The notes: generated by a model from the letters alone, not told the origin. 51,315 bases of DNA from Nitrospirae bacterium CG02_land_8_20_14_3_00_41_53 (GCA_002780895.1 PEUB01000106.1:1-51315), one strand, 5' to 3'; shown: positions 1 through 9,520, counted from the stretch's first letter. Program-made: numbers and translations.

Positions 1-113
1 AAGCTAAAAATAGCCTCTCCTTTTCTAACCTTAATCCCCATTGATTTATATAGTTTCTGAATATTTGACCTTATCTTTTGACTTGTGGTAGTCTTTAAAC
101 AAAGGTGATGATT

Positions 114-284
114 ATGAGCGTAAAACCAAATGTCAAAAAGGCGAAAAAGCATCTTGCTAAACTGCGTGAACTTGTGTCTAAAAGGAAACACCCATTCTCT
201 GAGATGAGCGAAGAAGAAATAATTAATGCCTTGCGCAAAACAAGAGAAGAAATCTGGGATAAAAAACTTGTTACTCGTTCTTGA
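114..284 (+). CDS. Small putative antitoxin (56 aa, not in the ORF track)
   Basis: Read manually: ATG114 to TGA284, MSVKPNVKKAKKHL...SEMSEEEIINALRKTREEIWDKKLVTRS; its 3' end overlaps the start of the PIN gene, as is typical of TA pairs. Confidence 0.65.
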   Translation: MSVKPNVKKAKKHLAKLRELVSKRKHPFSEMSEEEIINALRKTREEIWDKKLVTRS

Positions 285-690
285 TTCTAATGAATATATT
301 TTTGCTTTCGGGATTTTAAAGAAACCATCTTCCAAGACGCTTATTGATACAATTCTTGATTCATTCCCTATACATTCAATACGAATCCCTCGGTTGGTAG
401 TAGAAGAAGTGGGTCGCCATTTAACACCTGAAGAATTCAGAGAATTTATTGAATTTGTAATGAACCTTGCAAGTATTGACGAGGACTTTGTTGTACCGTT
501 TGAATTAGGTGTGAGATATGAGTTAGAAGGTTTAAAGCCAGCAGATGCTTTTATTGCAGCATATGTAGAGTGGACAGGAGCTGCCGCCTTGGTAACAGAA
601 AACAGGCATTTCCTAAGCCGCCATTCAAATTTGCCATTCAAGATTCTCAATGCAGAAAAATGTCTGAAAATCATTAAATCCTCAATATAA
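268..690 (+). CDS. PIN-domain (VapC-like) ribonuclease toxin
   Basis: N-terminal LVLDSN motif and C-terminal PADAFIAA...LVTENRHF PIN motifs; TTG268 is a more likely start than ATG226. Confidence 0.75.
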   Translation: MLLVLDSNEYIFAFGILKKPSSKTLIDTILDSFPIHSIRIPRLVVEEVGRHLTPEEFREFIEFVMNLASIDEDFVVPFELGVRYELEGLKPADAFIAAYVEWTGAAALVTENRHFLSRHSNLPFKILNAEKCLKIIKSSI

Positions 691-691
691 C

Positions 692-2212
692 CTACCATCT
701 CCAACTCACCCCTGCGGAGTAGAGATTTTTCCTATAATCATACAGCTCTATATTTGACGAGCTTCTCCTTCTCAGGTATTCGAGAGAAACACTCCAGCCT
801 TTTCCGATATTTTTTGAAAAAACTGTATTTACTGCCCTCTCTATATCCCTCCGCTTTTCATCGAAGTATATATTGGTATTTTTGTAACGGACCTGCTTGT
901 ATTCATAATCAACATTAAGCCTTATATCCTTTGGAAATGTGTATTGAATGCCTGCAACAAACTTATTTCCTGAATAGTCCCAGTTGCCTCCCTCGGCAAA
1001 CTCCTTATCATAGAAATAGCCTGCCTTTATGTAATGTTTGGCTTCATTGAATCTCAGGAAATGAATAAAGCCTACCTCATGGTTTAAGGCATCCCTGTTA
1101 TCCTCAAGGAATAGTGGTTTCTCTCTGAACTCTTTTGCCTGAAAGGCATACTGAAGGACGCTTAGATTTGTTGGGTTTTCCTGAAGGATAAAGACAGGTC
1201 TAATAGTATGTCTCTGAAGGAGATAACGATAGTCTGAAAGGAGATAGTCATAACTATATGTGAGCCGCATGTTAAAGGGCATGGTTTTTATATTTTCCCT
1301 TTTTGATAAATCAAGTGAAAGGATGTGGTCCTGAACATCCATATCCCTCATGGAATTGGTAATGGTCTGGTAAAAACCATAAGAGGCTGATATATCGTAG
1401 CTGGGCTGTCTTACAAGGACATATTCGCCCCTCAGGTAAAAAAGTTCTATAACACTCTTTCTGTCCTTATCTCTCAGGTTAAAGACATTGGTGGTTGGAA
1501 CAACAATGACATTGTCGTCATACTGGAGCTTTGTAGTTAATTCAATATTAATTTTCTTTTTAAGCCTTTCCTCTAATTCTATTGTTTCAAAGAGTCTCTG
1601 CGACGGAGCGGCTAAGGGAGAAGTTGGGTCGGATATGATTAATTGTTTATAAGCAATAACTGCCTCTTTTGTTTGTCCTAATTGCTGTCTGGCAAGTCCT
1701 GTGTAGTAAATAGTAAGGCTCTCAATAGTCTTGTCCTTTGTTTTTGCTTTTTCAAGATAATCTAAAGTCTTTTTATACTCACCTGTCTGATAATATGCAA
1801 ATCCAAGGAAATAACCCAAGTCTTCCCTTTCTGGTTCCTTTTTATAGACATTTTCAAGATGTGTTATAGCATCCTGATATGCCTTCTGCTGAATTAGAAC
1901 TACGCCTAATTGAAAATGGGCATCTGTATATTGCGGGTCTTTCTCAAGGGACTTTTTAAAATATTCAACAGCCTTTTCAGGTTCATTAAGTTGTAAAAAT
2001 GTAAGCCCGATATAGAATGGAATGTCAGGGTCGTCAGGGAAGATAACAATTGCTTTTTGCAAGTCCTCAAGCGCTTCTTTGTACTTACCATCCCTGTAAT
2101 GCTCCATGCCGGAGATGAGGGGCTGGTATTGAGTGTCTTGGGCAAAGGAAAAGGATTGGATGAAAATACAGGTGATTAATGCAATTAAGACAAGTCGCCA
2201 TTTGTTGAACAT
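692..2212 (-). CDS. TPR-repeat protein with C-terminal outer-membrane beta-barrel (Slam-like architecture)
   Basis: Signal peptide, several TPR repeats, alternating beta-strand C-terminus ending in an aromatic residue (AGVSWRW). Confidence 0.7.
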   Translation of the reverse strand: MFNKWRLVLIALITCIFIQSFSFAQDTQYQPLISGMEHYRDGKYKEALEDLQKAIVIFPDDPDIPFYIGLTFLQLNEPEKAVEYFKKSLEKDPQYTDAHFQLGVVLIQQKAYQDAITHLENVYKKEPEREDLGYFLGFAYYQTGEYKKTLDYLEKAKTKDKTIESLTIYYTGLARQQLGQTKEAVIAYKQLIISDPTSPLAAPSQRLFETIELEERLKKKINIELTTKLQYDDNVIVVPTTNVFNLRDKDRKSVIELFYLRGEYVLVRQPSYDISASYGFYQTITNSMRDMDVQDHILSLDLSKRENIKTMPFNMRLTYSYDYLLSDYRYLLQRHTIRPVFILQENPTNLSVLQYAFQAKEFREKPLFLEDNRDALNHEVGFIHFLRFNEAKHYIKAGYFYDKEFAEGGNWDYSGNKFVAGIQYTFPKDIRLNVDYEYKQVRYKNTNIYFDEKRRDIERAVNTVFSKNIGKGWSVSLEYLRRRSSSNIELYDYRKNLYSAGVSWRW

Positions 2213-2443
2213 GACATGACCTCCGGGCTATAAGGAGGGCTTTACAGCTCTCCATCGAGGGTTAGAAAAATCATTATTTAATTTGAAATAAAAACTGTTT
2301 ATTGCTTAATGCCTCCTCCCCCCTGGATTAATTTTCCCTTACTTTATGCACTTTTATACACTTATTACATTGTATTGTCAAGAAGAATTTTTACAATTTA
2401 AAACATTGTGGTAAGCAGAAGGTGAGGGTTGTTATAGTGGTTT

Positions 2444-2809
2444 ATGCAGAAAAAGAGGATAAAGACGAGCAAGGAAATCGGTGAGAAGATTAAAGGGCGG
2501 AGGAGGGAACTCGGGATTTCACAGGAAAGCCTTGCTGAAATATTGGGCGTTACATATCAACAAGTTCAAAGGTATGAGAATGGGACGAATAAACTTAATG
2601 TGGAAAACATCCAGAGTGTTGCAGATGCCTTAAATGTGCCTGTGTCTTATTTCTTTGAAGCTGAAAAGACATTAATGGTTGCTGAAAGGTCAGCGCCTTA
2701 TTTACCAGCTGAAGAAATCAGGCTTTTAAGACATTTTAGGAAAATCAAAAACACCGGTTCCAAAAACACGGTCATTCAGGTAGCCCGCCTCGCTGTAAAG
2801 GCAAATTAA
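2444..2809 (+). CDS. XRE-family HTH transcriptional regulator
   Basis: IGEKIKGRRRELGISQESLAEILGVTYQQVQRYENG. Confidence 0.9.
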   Translation: MQKKRIKTSKEIGEKIKGRRRELGISQESLAEILGVTYQQVQRYENGTNKLNVENIQSVADALNVPVSYFFEAEKTLMVAERSAPYLPAEEIRLLRHFRKIKNTGSKNTVIQVARLAVKAN

Positions 2810-2815
2810 AAACCG

Positions 2816-2925
2816 CTATTCTTTAATGTAAAACTGCATCTTAATATTTGCCACATCAACTATATCGCCGTCTTTCAGTTCATGACGCCCCTCTACCAGT
2901 GCGCCGTTAATCTTAAGTTTCTTAC
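2816..2925 (-). pseudogene. C-terminal remnant of an FHA-domain protein
   Basis: Minus strand reads KKLKINGALVEGRHELKDGDIVDVANIKMQFYIKE*, resembling the end of an FHA domain; upstream sequence is repeat DNA with no start codon. Confidence 0.5.
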
Positions 2926-2932
2926 TGCTTTC

Positions 2933-3045
2933 TCCCTCTCCTCCATGGCCGGCTGCGCGCGCTTCTTCTATTGCCTGCCCTGCTTCGCGGAGCGAGGCCG
3001 TGGACGGGAGGGGATTATCGGATACCCTGTAGCAAGACTACAGGG
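2933..3045. repeat. GC-rich nested palindrome cluster
   Basis: Imperfect arms TCCCTCTCCTCCATGGCC (2933-2950) and GGCCGTGGACGGGAGGGGA (2996-3014) around a GC-rich insert, then hairpin CCCTGTAG-caaga-CTACAGGG (3025-3045). Confidence 0.6.
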
Positions 3046-3110
3046 AATAACGAGTTTAATATTTACAGGATATGGGCTATAATAACTTTTTAATAAGATA
3101 GGAGGGTTTT

Positions 3111-4358
3111 ATTAAAAGATTACCTGACAGAAAAGGATATTTTGGTATTTACGGTGGACGTTTTGTCCCTGAAACTCTTATGCCTGCACTCAAAGAGCTT
3201 GAGGAGGCATTCTTTTACTCTAAAAAGGATAAAGAGTTCCAGAGGGAACTTAGACATCTCCAGAAGACATACATAGGCAGACCCACACCGCTTTATTTTG
3301 CCAGACGCCTTACAGAACATCTCGGTGGCGCAAAGATATACCTGAAGCGTGAAGACCTTGCACACACGGGTGCACATAAGATAAACAATGCTGTCGGCCA
3401 GGTATTACTCGCAAAGAAAATGGGGAAGAAAAGAGTGATTGCGGAGACAGGCGCTGGACAGCATGGTGTGGCAACTGCAACAGGGGCAGCGCTTAAGGGT
3501 CTCGAGTGTGGAATATATATGGGCACCGAGGATATGAAAAGGCAGGCTTTGAATGTGTTCAGGATGAGACTACTCGGCGCAAAAGTAACAGAAGTTCCAA
3601 CTGGCTCAAGGACATTAAAGGATGCAATTAATGAGGCATTGCGCGACTGGACTACAAACGTTCGCACAACACATTATGTTTTAGGCACGGTATTCGGGCC
3701 TCATCCATTCCCTGTTATGGTCAGGGATTTCCAGTCAGTTATCGGGAGAGAGGCAAGAAGGCAGATACTTGATGCTGAAGGTAGACTCCCTGATTATCTT
3801 ATAGCCTGTGTTGGAGGTGGAAGTAATGCCATGGGGCTTTTCTATGAATTTCTTAAGGAAGATAATCCCCCTACACCCCCCTTTAGTAAAGGGGGGAAGG
3901 AGGGATTATTGGATAAAGATATAAAAATGATTGGTGTTGAAGCAGGCGGTAAAGGCATAGAAACAGGAGAACATGCTGCAAGGTTTGCAGGCGGCTCCAT
4001 CGGTGTATTTCAGGGATGTAAGAGTTATCTCCTTCAGGACGATGATGGAAATGTCTTAGGAACACATTCTGTCTCAGCAGGTCTTGATTATGCATCTATA
4101 GGGCCTGAACATCCCTTTCTAAAAGATGCAGGACGTGTTCAGTATACATACGCAACCGATGATGAGGCATTGGCTGCATTTGAGCTTTTATCAAGGCTGG
4201 AAGGAATCATACCCGCACTTGAGTCTGCCCATGCGATTGCAGAGGTTGTAAAACTCGCTCCGAAATTGGACCAAGATAAAATTATTATAATCAACCTTTC
4301 AGGCCGCGGTGATAAGGATGTTCAGCATGTTGCAAAGATTAAAGGGATAGAGCTGTGA
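3111..4358 (+). CDS. trpB: Tryptophan synthase beta chain (probable ATT start; contains an in-frame palindrome insertion)
   Basis: [24 protein letters not shown] and GGGSNA motifs; conserved N-terminal [13 protein letters not shown] lies upstream of ATG3180. Confidence 0.97.
   Translation: MKRLPDRKGYFGIYGGRFVPETLMPALKELEEAFFYSKKDKEFQRELRHLQKTYIGRPTPLYFARRLTEHLGGAKIYLKREDLAHTGAHKINNAVGQVLLAKKMGKKRVIAETGAGQHGVATATGAALKGLECGIYMGTEDMKRQALNVFRMRLLGAKVTEVPTGSRTLKDAINEALRDWTTNVRTTHYVLGTVFGPHPFPVMVRDFQSVIGREARRQILDAEGRLPDYLIACVGGGSNAMGLFYEFLKEDNPPTPPFSKGGKEGLLDKDIKMIGVEAGGKGIETGEHAARFAGGSIGVFQGCKSYLLQDDDGNVLGTHSVSAGLDYASIGPEHPFLKDAGRVQYTYATDDEALAAFELLSRLEGIIPALESAHAIAEVVKLAPKLDQDKIIIINLSGRGDKDVQHVAKIKGIEL
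3864..3907. repeat. C/G-tract palindrome, in frame in trpB
   Basis: AATCCCCCTACACCCCCC-TTTAGTAAA-GGGGGGAAGGAGGGATT, encoding [14 protein letters not shown]. Confidence 0.9.
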
Positions 4359-5134
4359 TTTCGAGGATTACTAAGACGTTTAAAAGATTAAAGAAGGAAG
4401 GGAAGAAGGCATTCATCCCTTATGTCATGGCTGGTGATCCCTCTCTTGAGAGGACGAAAGAAATCGTCATTTTGTTCGGGGAGTGTGGAGCTGATATTGT
4501 CGAACTGGGTGTACCTTTTTCAGACCCACTTGCTGATGGTCCAACAATCCAGCGTGCGTCTGAAAGGGCATTAAAAAATGGTGTTACCTTACGAAAAGTC
4601 ATCTCACATGTAAAAGACTTGCGGCAGATAACCCGGATACCTATAGTTCTTATGACATATTACAATCCTGTATTTAAATATGGTGAGGAGAATTTTATAA
4701 AAGATTCTAAGGATGCAGGAGTTGATGGTGTGATTATCCCTGACCTGCCGCCAGATGAGGCAGAAGATTTTATAAAACAATCAAGGAAGGCAGTCCTCGA
4801 TAGCATTTTTCTTCTTGCCCCGACATCAACAGAGGACAGGATAAAAAAGGTGACAAAGGCATCGAGTGGTTTTATATACTATGTCTCAATAACAGGGATA
4901 ACAGGAGCCAACCTTTTACTTGATGGCTCGATGGATGTATTGATATCGAAAATAAAGAAATACACAGACAAACCAATAGCAGTTGGTTTTGGGGTCTCTA
5001 CGCCAATGGAGGCATCGGCAGTTGCTGGGCTGTCTGATGGCGTTATAGTGGGAAGTGCCATAGTCAAGAGGTTACATGAGTCTCCTGATGAGCTAAAGCA
5101 TTATCTTATCAGTCTGAGAGAGGCAATAAAATAA
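4355..5134 (+). CDS. trpA: Tryptophan synthase alpha chain
   Basis: [21 protein letters not shown] and DGVIVGSA motifs. Confidence 0.97.
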   Translation: MISRITKTFKRLKKEGKKAFIPYVMAGDPSLERTKEIVILFGECGADIVELGVPFSDPLADGPTIQRASERALKNGVTLRKVISHVKDLRQITRIPIVLMTYYNPVFKYGEENFIKDSKDAGVDGVIIPDLPPDEAEDFIKQSRKAVLDSIFLLAPTSTEDRIKKVTKASSGFIYYVSITGITGANLLLDGSMDVLISKIKKYTDKPIAVGFGVSTPMEASAVAGLSDGVIVGSAIVKRLHESPDELKHYLISLREAIK

Positions 5135-5175
5135 TTTTTATTGAACTTGGTACTTGGTTGTTGGAGTTTAAATAA

Positions 5176-6009
5176 ATGGCATGGTTTAAGAAGACAAAAG
5201 GAATAAGGACGGATAAGAAAGGAAAGATACCCGAAGGTCTGTGGGTTAAGTGCGATAGCTGTAAGGAGATAGTATATAAGAAGGAGATAGATAAGAACCT
5301 CAAGGTATGCCCTAAATGCAATTATCATTTCAGGATAAGCGCACGTGAGAGACTGAAACTCCTTGTTGATGAAGGGAGCTTCGTAGAAATGGATGAGGGC
5401 ATTGTATCAGTTGACCCGCTTAATTTTAAGGATACCATCTCTTATAAAGATAGGATAAAGGAGAAACAGAAAAAAAGCGGGCTCAAAGAGGCTGCGATTT
5501 CAGGGGATGCACTTATAAAAGGTTATCCTGTAAGTCTTATTATCATGGACTTTTCCTTTATGGGTGGAAGTATGGGTTCTGTCGTTGGTGAAAAGGTATC
5601 GAGGGCAGCTGAAAGGGCCGTAGAAAAAAAACAGCCGCTTATAATTGTTTCATCATCCGGCGGTGCAAGGATGCAGGAAGGGATTTTCTCCCTTATGCAG
5701 ATGGCAAAGGTCGCTGCTGCTATAGGAAGACTGAGGGATAATGGGATTCTTTATATATCAATTATGTGTGATCCAACATTTGGCGGTGTTACTGCAAGCC
5801 TTGCTACGATAGGTGACATAATTATTGCTGAACCTAAAAGTCTGATCGGTTTTGCAGGCGCGAGGGTAATAGAACAGACCATCAAACAACCACTTCCGGA
5901 TAACTTCCAGAGAGCTGAGTTCCTCCTCGAGCACGGGTTTATAGATATAGTTGTAGGCAGAAAAAACCTGAAGGAAACACTCGCTAAGCTTTTCGAACTT
6001 CTTCTATGA
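5176..6009 (+). CDS. accD: Acetyl-CoA carboxylase carboxyltransferase beta subunit
   Basis: Zn-finger CxxC...CxxC, MGGSMGSVVGEK, SGGARMQEG. Confidence 0.97.
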   Translation: MAWFKKTKGIRTDKKGKIPEGLWVKCDSCKEIVYKKEIDKNLKVCPKCNYHFRISARERLKLLVDEGSFVEMDEGIVSVDPLNFKDTISYKDRIKEKQKKSGLKEAAISGDALIKGYPVSLIIMDFSFMGGSMGSVVGEKVSRAAERAVEKKQPLIIVSSSGGARMQEGIFSLMQMAKVAAAIGRLRDNGILYISIMCDPTFGGVTASLATIGDIIIAEPKSLIGFAGARVIEQTIKQPLPDNFQRAEFLLEHGFIDIVVGRKNLKETLAKLFELLL

Positions 6010-7550
6010 GTTACAGCGAGACTGTTAATTATCTATATAATCTCCAGAAATATGGTATCAAATTCGGGCTTGATAATATAAGCAGGCTCATGTCTGCGCT
6101 CGATAACCCGCATACGTTATTTCTCTCAGTCCATGTTGCAGGCACAAACGGGAAGGGCTCGACTTCAGCAATTATTGCATCTATCTTAAAGACTGCTGGG
6201 TTCAAGGTCGGGCTTTTCACATCACCCCACATTATTAGCTTTACAGAAAGGATCAGGGTTAATGGTGAGGAGATAACCGAAAATGAAGTAGTAAGCCTTA
6301 CAGAAGAAATAAGAACCAGAATAGAGGACACCCCCTCCCTAACCCTCCCCCCTCGAGGGGGAGGGCAGGGGTGGGGGGGAGAAGTCGAACTATCACCTAC
6401 ATTCTTCGAGGTGGTAACTGCAATGGCGCTCCTGTATTTCAAAAGAAAAAAGGTAGATATAGCAGTAATAGAGGTGGGCATGGGTGGAAGACTCGATGCT
6501 ACAAACATAATTACACCTGAGATATCTATAATCACAAACATAAGCTGCGACCACAGGGAATTTCTTGGAGGTACACTTAAAGAAATAGCTCATGAGAAGG
6601 CAGGGATTATAAAAGGTGGTATACCCGTTGTAGCCTCATATCAAGAGTCTGAGGCAATGGATGTTATTGAGAAGAAGGCAGAGGAGAAAGATTCTGAGTT
6701 ATATATCTATGGGAAAGATTTTTCTTCAGTACTTAAAAGAGAAGACATTTCAGAAATATGCTTTGACTATTGGAGTAGCAGCTCTCTTATGATTAATGAT
6801 TTAATCTTACCGCTTACAGGTGAGCACCAGATGCAAAACGCCTCTGTTGCCATAAAAACTATCGAACTCCTCTCAAAAAAATTAACCTTGCACTCACTAC
6901 TTACTTCACCCTCGCTAAGCCTTCCCGTCAAGGGGGAGGAACACACCCCTACACCCCTCTCAAGAGGGGATTTACCCTCTCTCCTTGCGGGAGAGGGCAA
7001 GGGTGAGGGGTACCGTAGATTTTTGAATGCAGCTTTGTATCAATTTATCAGGAAAGGTCTCGAGAATGTTAAGTGGCCGGGAAGGCTTGAGATTATTAAA
7101 GAAGACCCGCCTATACTGATAGACGGTGCACATAACCCTGCCGCAGCAATTGCCCTTTCTAAGGCATTAAAAAAATTTTCCCCCGGAAAAAATAAAAGAA
7201 TTATACTTGTACTTGGCATAATGGGTGACAAAGATGCACGGGGAATAATGGAGCCATTATTGCCTCTCGCATCTGAAATTATACTTACTGCTCCAGCATA
7301 CAGCAGGTCAGCTTCTCCTGAAAAGCTTGCAGGTATTGCAGCATCGTTAGGATTCTTTGATGTGCGTATTGCACCTACTATGAAAGATGCTGTTGAAATG
7401 GCAATTGAAGATAGTTACAAAACCATTAATCCCCCCTTGCCCCCCTTTAATCACTCATCACTCATTGTAGTTACGGGTTCATTTTACACAATAGGTGAAG
7501 CTAAGGAAGTGCTTGGTCAGAAGGGTGTACTTACAAGGCTGAGAGAATAA
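6006..7550 (+). CDS. folC: Folylpolyglutamate/dihydrofolate synthase with three repeat-derived insertions
   Basis: HVAGTNGKGS, EVGMGGRLDATN, WPGR, DGAHN and VTGSFY motifs; 514 aa is longer than typical FolC. Confidence 0.95.
   Translation: MSYSETVNYLYNLQKYGIKFGLDNISRLMSALDNPHTLFLSVHVAGTNGKGSTSAIIASILKTAGFKVGLFTSPHIISFTERIRVNGEEITENEVVSLTEEIRTRIEDTPSLTLPPRGGGQGWGGEVELSPTFFEVVTAMALLYFKRKKVDIAVIEVGMGGRLDATNIITPEISIITNISCDHREFLGGTLKEIAHEKAGIIKGGIPVVASYQESEAMDVIEKKAEEKDSELYIYGKDFSSVLKREDISEICFDYWSSSSLMINDLILPLTGEHQMQNASVAIKTIELLSKKLTLHSLLTSPSLSLPVKGEEHTPTPLSRGDLPSLLAGEGKGEGYRRFLNAALYQFIRKGLENVKWPGRLEIIKEDPPILIDGAHNPAAAIALSKALKKFSPGKNKRIILVLGIMGDKDARGIMEPLLPLASEIILTAPAYSRSASPEKLAGIAASLGFFDVRIAPTMKDAVEMAIEDSYKTINPPLPPFNHSSLIVVTGSFYTIGEAKEVLGQKGVLTRLRE
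6329..6379. repeat. C/G-tract palindrome, in frame in folC (copy 1)
   Basis: CACCCCCTCCCTAACCCTCCCCC-CTCGA-GGGGGAGGGCAGGGGTGGGGGG, encoding TPSLTLPPRGGGQGWGG. Confidence 0.85.
6907..7010. repeat. Three-module composite palindrome, in frame in folC (copy 2)
   Basis: Module A ...CCCGTCAAGGGGGAGG, module B AACACACCCCTACACCCCTCTCAAGAGGGGATTTA (6940-6974), module C CCCTCTCTCCTTGCGGGAGAGGGCAAGGGTGAGGGG. Confidence 0.85.
7428..7464. repeat. Half palindrome plus heptamer pair, in frame in folC (copy 3)
   Basis: AATCCCCCCTTGCCCCCCTTTAA then TCACTCA TCACTCA, encoding NPPLPPFNHSSL. Confidence 0.75.
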
Positions 7551-7551
7551 C

Positions 7552-7658
7552 AACAGTGAACAGTAATCAGTTGTCAGTGAACAGTAAGAAATATAAAAGA
7601 ATTATCCTTGTCATTTTGCTATTCACTATTCACTATTCACTATTCACTATTCACTGTT
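7552..7658. repeat. Inverted heptamer arrays at the lptD 5' end
   Basis: AACAGTG AACAGTA ATCAGTT GTCAGTG AACAGTA (7552-7586) facing five perfect CTATTCA units (7619-7653) plus CTGTT. Confidence 0.9.
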
Positions 7659-9520
7659 TTGCGGAGGAACAGACAATCATAACCTCCGACACCCTCGAGT
7701 ATAGCAAGGATACAGCCACATATGTTGCAAAAGGGAATGTGAAGTTTCAGAAAGCTGATAAGGTTATCGAAGCCAATGAGATGAGATATAATGAGCAGAC
7801 ATCGGATGTCATCGCATCAGGGGCTGTAAGATATAATGACACTGACACATCATTCACAGCAAGCAGGGCAGAGTTAAATCTCGAAACAGAAACTGGCATA
7901 CTCTACGATGCAGAAATCCTTTTCAAAAAAGATAATTACCATATTTCAGGGAAAGAAATTGAAAAGAAGGGTGAGAAATATTACTTCAGCCCTGAGGCGA
8001 CATTCACAACCTGTGATGGCCCGGTGCCTGCATGGTGTTTCAGAGGCAAGAATATAGATGCTGTGGGCGGAGAGGAGTTAAAGGCAAAGGATGTATCTTT
8101 TCGTATAAAGGATATCCCTGTTTTCTATACCCCCTATTTCCGGGCGCCGCTTCTTACTGAAAGACAGGCTGGATTTCTAACGCCGGTTATAGGGTATAGT
8201 AATTTAAGGGGAGCACACTTGAATACGCCTTTTTTCTGGGCGATATCAGAAAATCGTGATGCAACTATTAGCCTTGATCTATACTCGAAGAGGGGTATTG
8301 GAGAAGGCATGGAATACAGGTATATAGAGCCCGGGGACATTAAAGGTAAATGGTGGCTTTATCACATAAGAGATACGGAACTCAATAAGAATTTCTACGA
8401 AGTAAAGGCCTTGCACGAACAGAGATCTGCAAATGGAATCGGTGGTTTTCTGAATCTGAACTTTGTAAACGAAAAAGACTTTTATAGAGAGTTCAGCCCT
8501 CATTTAGAGGTGCGCACGAACCGCTTCCTTGAGTCAACAGGAGAGATATCGCTTCCTCTTACTAATTCCCGTGTTTACCTTTTATCACAGTACTGGGTTG
8601 ACCTGAGGGATGAAACCAAACTTGTTCCTCAGAGGCTGCCTGAGGCAGGATATGTTTTGAACCCTGCAAAGGTCGGTAATCTCTGGTTTTCTGCAATGGC
8701 GACAGTCTCCAATTTCTGGAGGGATGAAGGTGTAAATGGTCAGAGACTTGATATCTATCCAAGGGTGCTGCATAAGTTCGGGAGCGATGTCGTGGTTTTA
8801 CAGACGCTGGGTTTACGGGAAACAGCCTATTCGTTGCAGAAGGGTGAGGATGATTCCCTTCATAGAGAAGCTATTGAATACAGCATAGTAGCCCATACAA
8901 GGCTTTTGAAAAGATACGAGTCATTCACGCATGTATTAGAACCTTCCATAGGATATACTCTTATTACAGATTCTGAGGATCTGCCGCTATTTGATTCAAC
9001 AGAGCTTTTTAAAAAAACATCCACGGTAGAGCTTTCCTTACTTAACAGGTTTATAAATAATGGTGGGGAGTTTATGGTTCTCAGGGCTTCACAGGGCTTT
9101 GATTCATATAAGGGAGACAGGGCATTCCTGCCATTCAGGCTTGAGGTGGGGATAAGAAGACCTGTCTCGCTGCGCCTTGATACAAGCTATGATGTAAATA
9201 CAGGTAAACTTGAGAGTATAAATTCTGACCTGTGGATGAAGATATCTGAGGCTACAATCTCTGCTGGACAGAGATATAACAGGCTGAATGACACACACTT
9301 CTATACCGCGAGCATCGGGTTATATCCCTATAAACCATTGTATACGGAGGCGAGACTCTGGTATGATGCCAAGGAAAAGAAGTCAAAGGAAATCGCCATG
9401 AATATAAAATATACAAGTCAATGCTGGGGTGTAAATATGCAATTTATTAAAAGGCCAGGCGACTTTACTGCAGCATTATTGTTTGAGTTAAAAGGGATTT
9501 CTAAAGGCCTTAAGATTTAA
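7556..9520 (+). CDS. lptD: LPS-assembly protein LptD
   Basis: OstA-like N-domain, FTTCD...PAW, PVFYTPY...RQAGFLTP, C-terminal SQCWG...ELKG; located after folC. Confidence 0.9.
   Translation: MNSNQLSVNSKKYKRIILVILLFTIHYSLFTIHCFAEEQTIITSDTLEYSKDTATYVAKGNVKFQKADKVIEANEMRYNEQTSDVIASGAVRYNDTDTSFTASRAELNLETETGILYDAEILFKKDNYHISGKEIEKKGEKYYFSPEATFTTCDGPVPAWCFRGKNIDAVGGEELKAKDVSFRIKDIPVFYTPYFRAPLLTERQAGFLTPVIGYSNLRGAHLNTPFFWAISENRDATISLDLYSKRGIGEGMEYRYIEPGDIKGKWWLYHIRDTELNKNFYEVKALHEQRSANGIGGFLNLNFVNEKDFYREFSPHLEVRTNRFLESTGEISLPLTNSRVYLLSQYWVDLRDETKLVPQRLPEAGYVLNPAKVGNLWFSAMATVSNFWRDEGVNGQRLDIYPRVLHKFGSDVVVLQTLGLRETAYSLQKGEDDSLHREAIEYSIVAHTRLLKRYESFTHVLEPSIGYTLITDSEDLPLFDSTELFKKTSTVELSLLNRFINNGGEFMVLRASQGFDSYKGDRAFLPFRLEVGIRRPVSLRLDTSYDVNTGKLESINSDLWMKISEATISAGQRYNRLNDTHFYTASIGLYPYKPLYTEARLWYDAKEKKSKEIAMNIKYTSQCWGVNMQFIKRPGDFTAALLFELKGISKGLKI

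Noticed and set aside
2882-3082. ORF 2882..3082 as a trp leader peptide
   Set aside because: Contains no Trp codons and overlaps repeat DNA and the antisense FHA remnant
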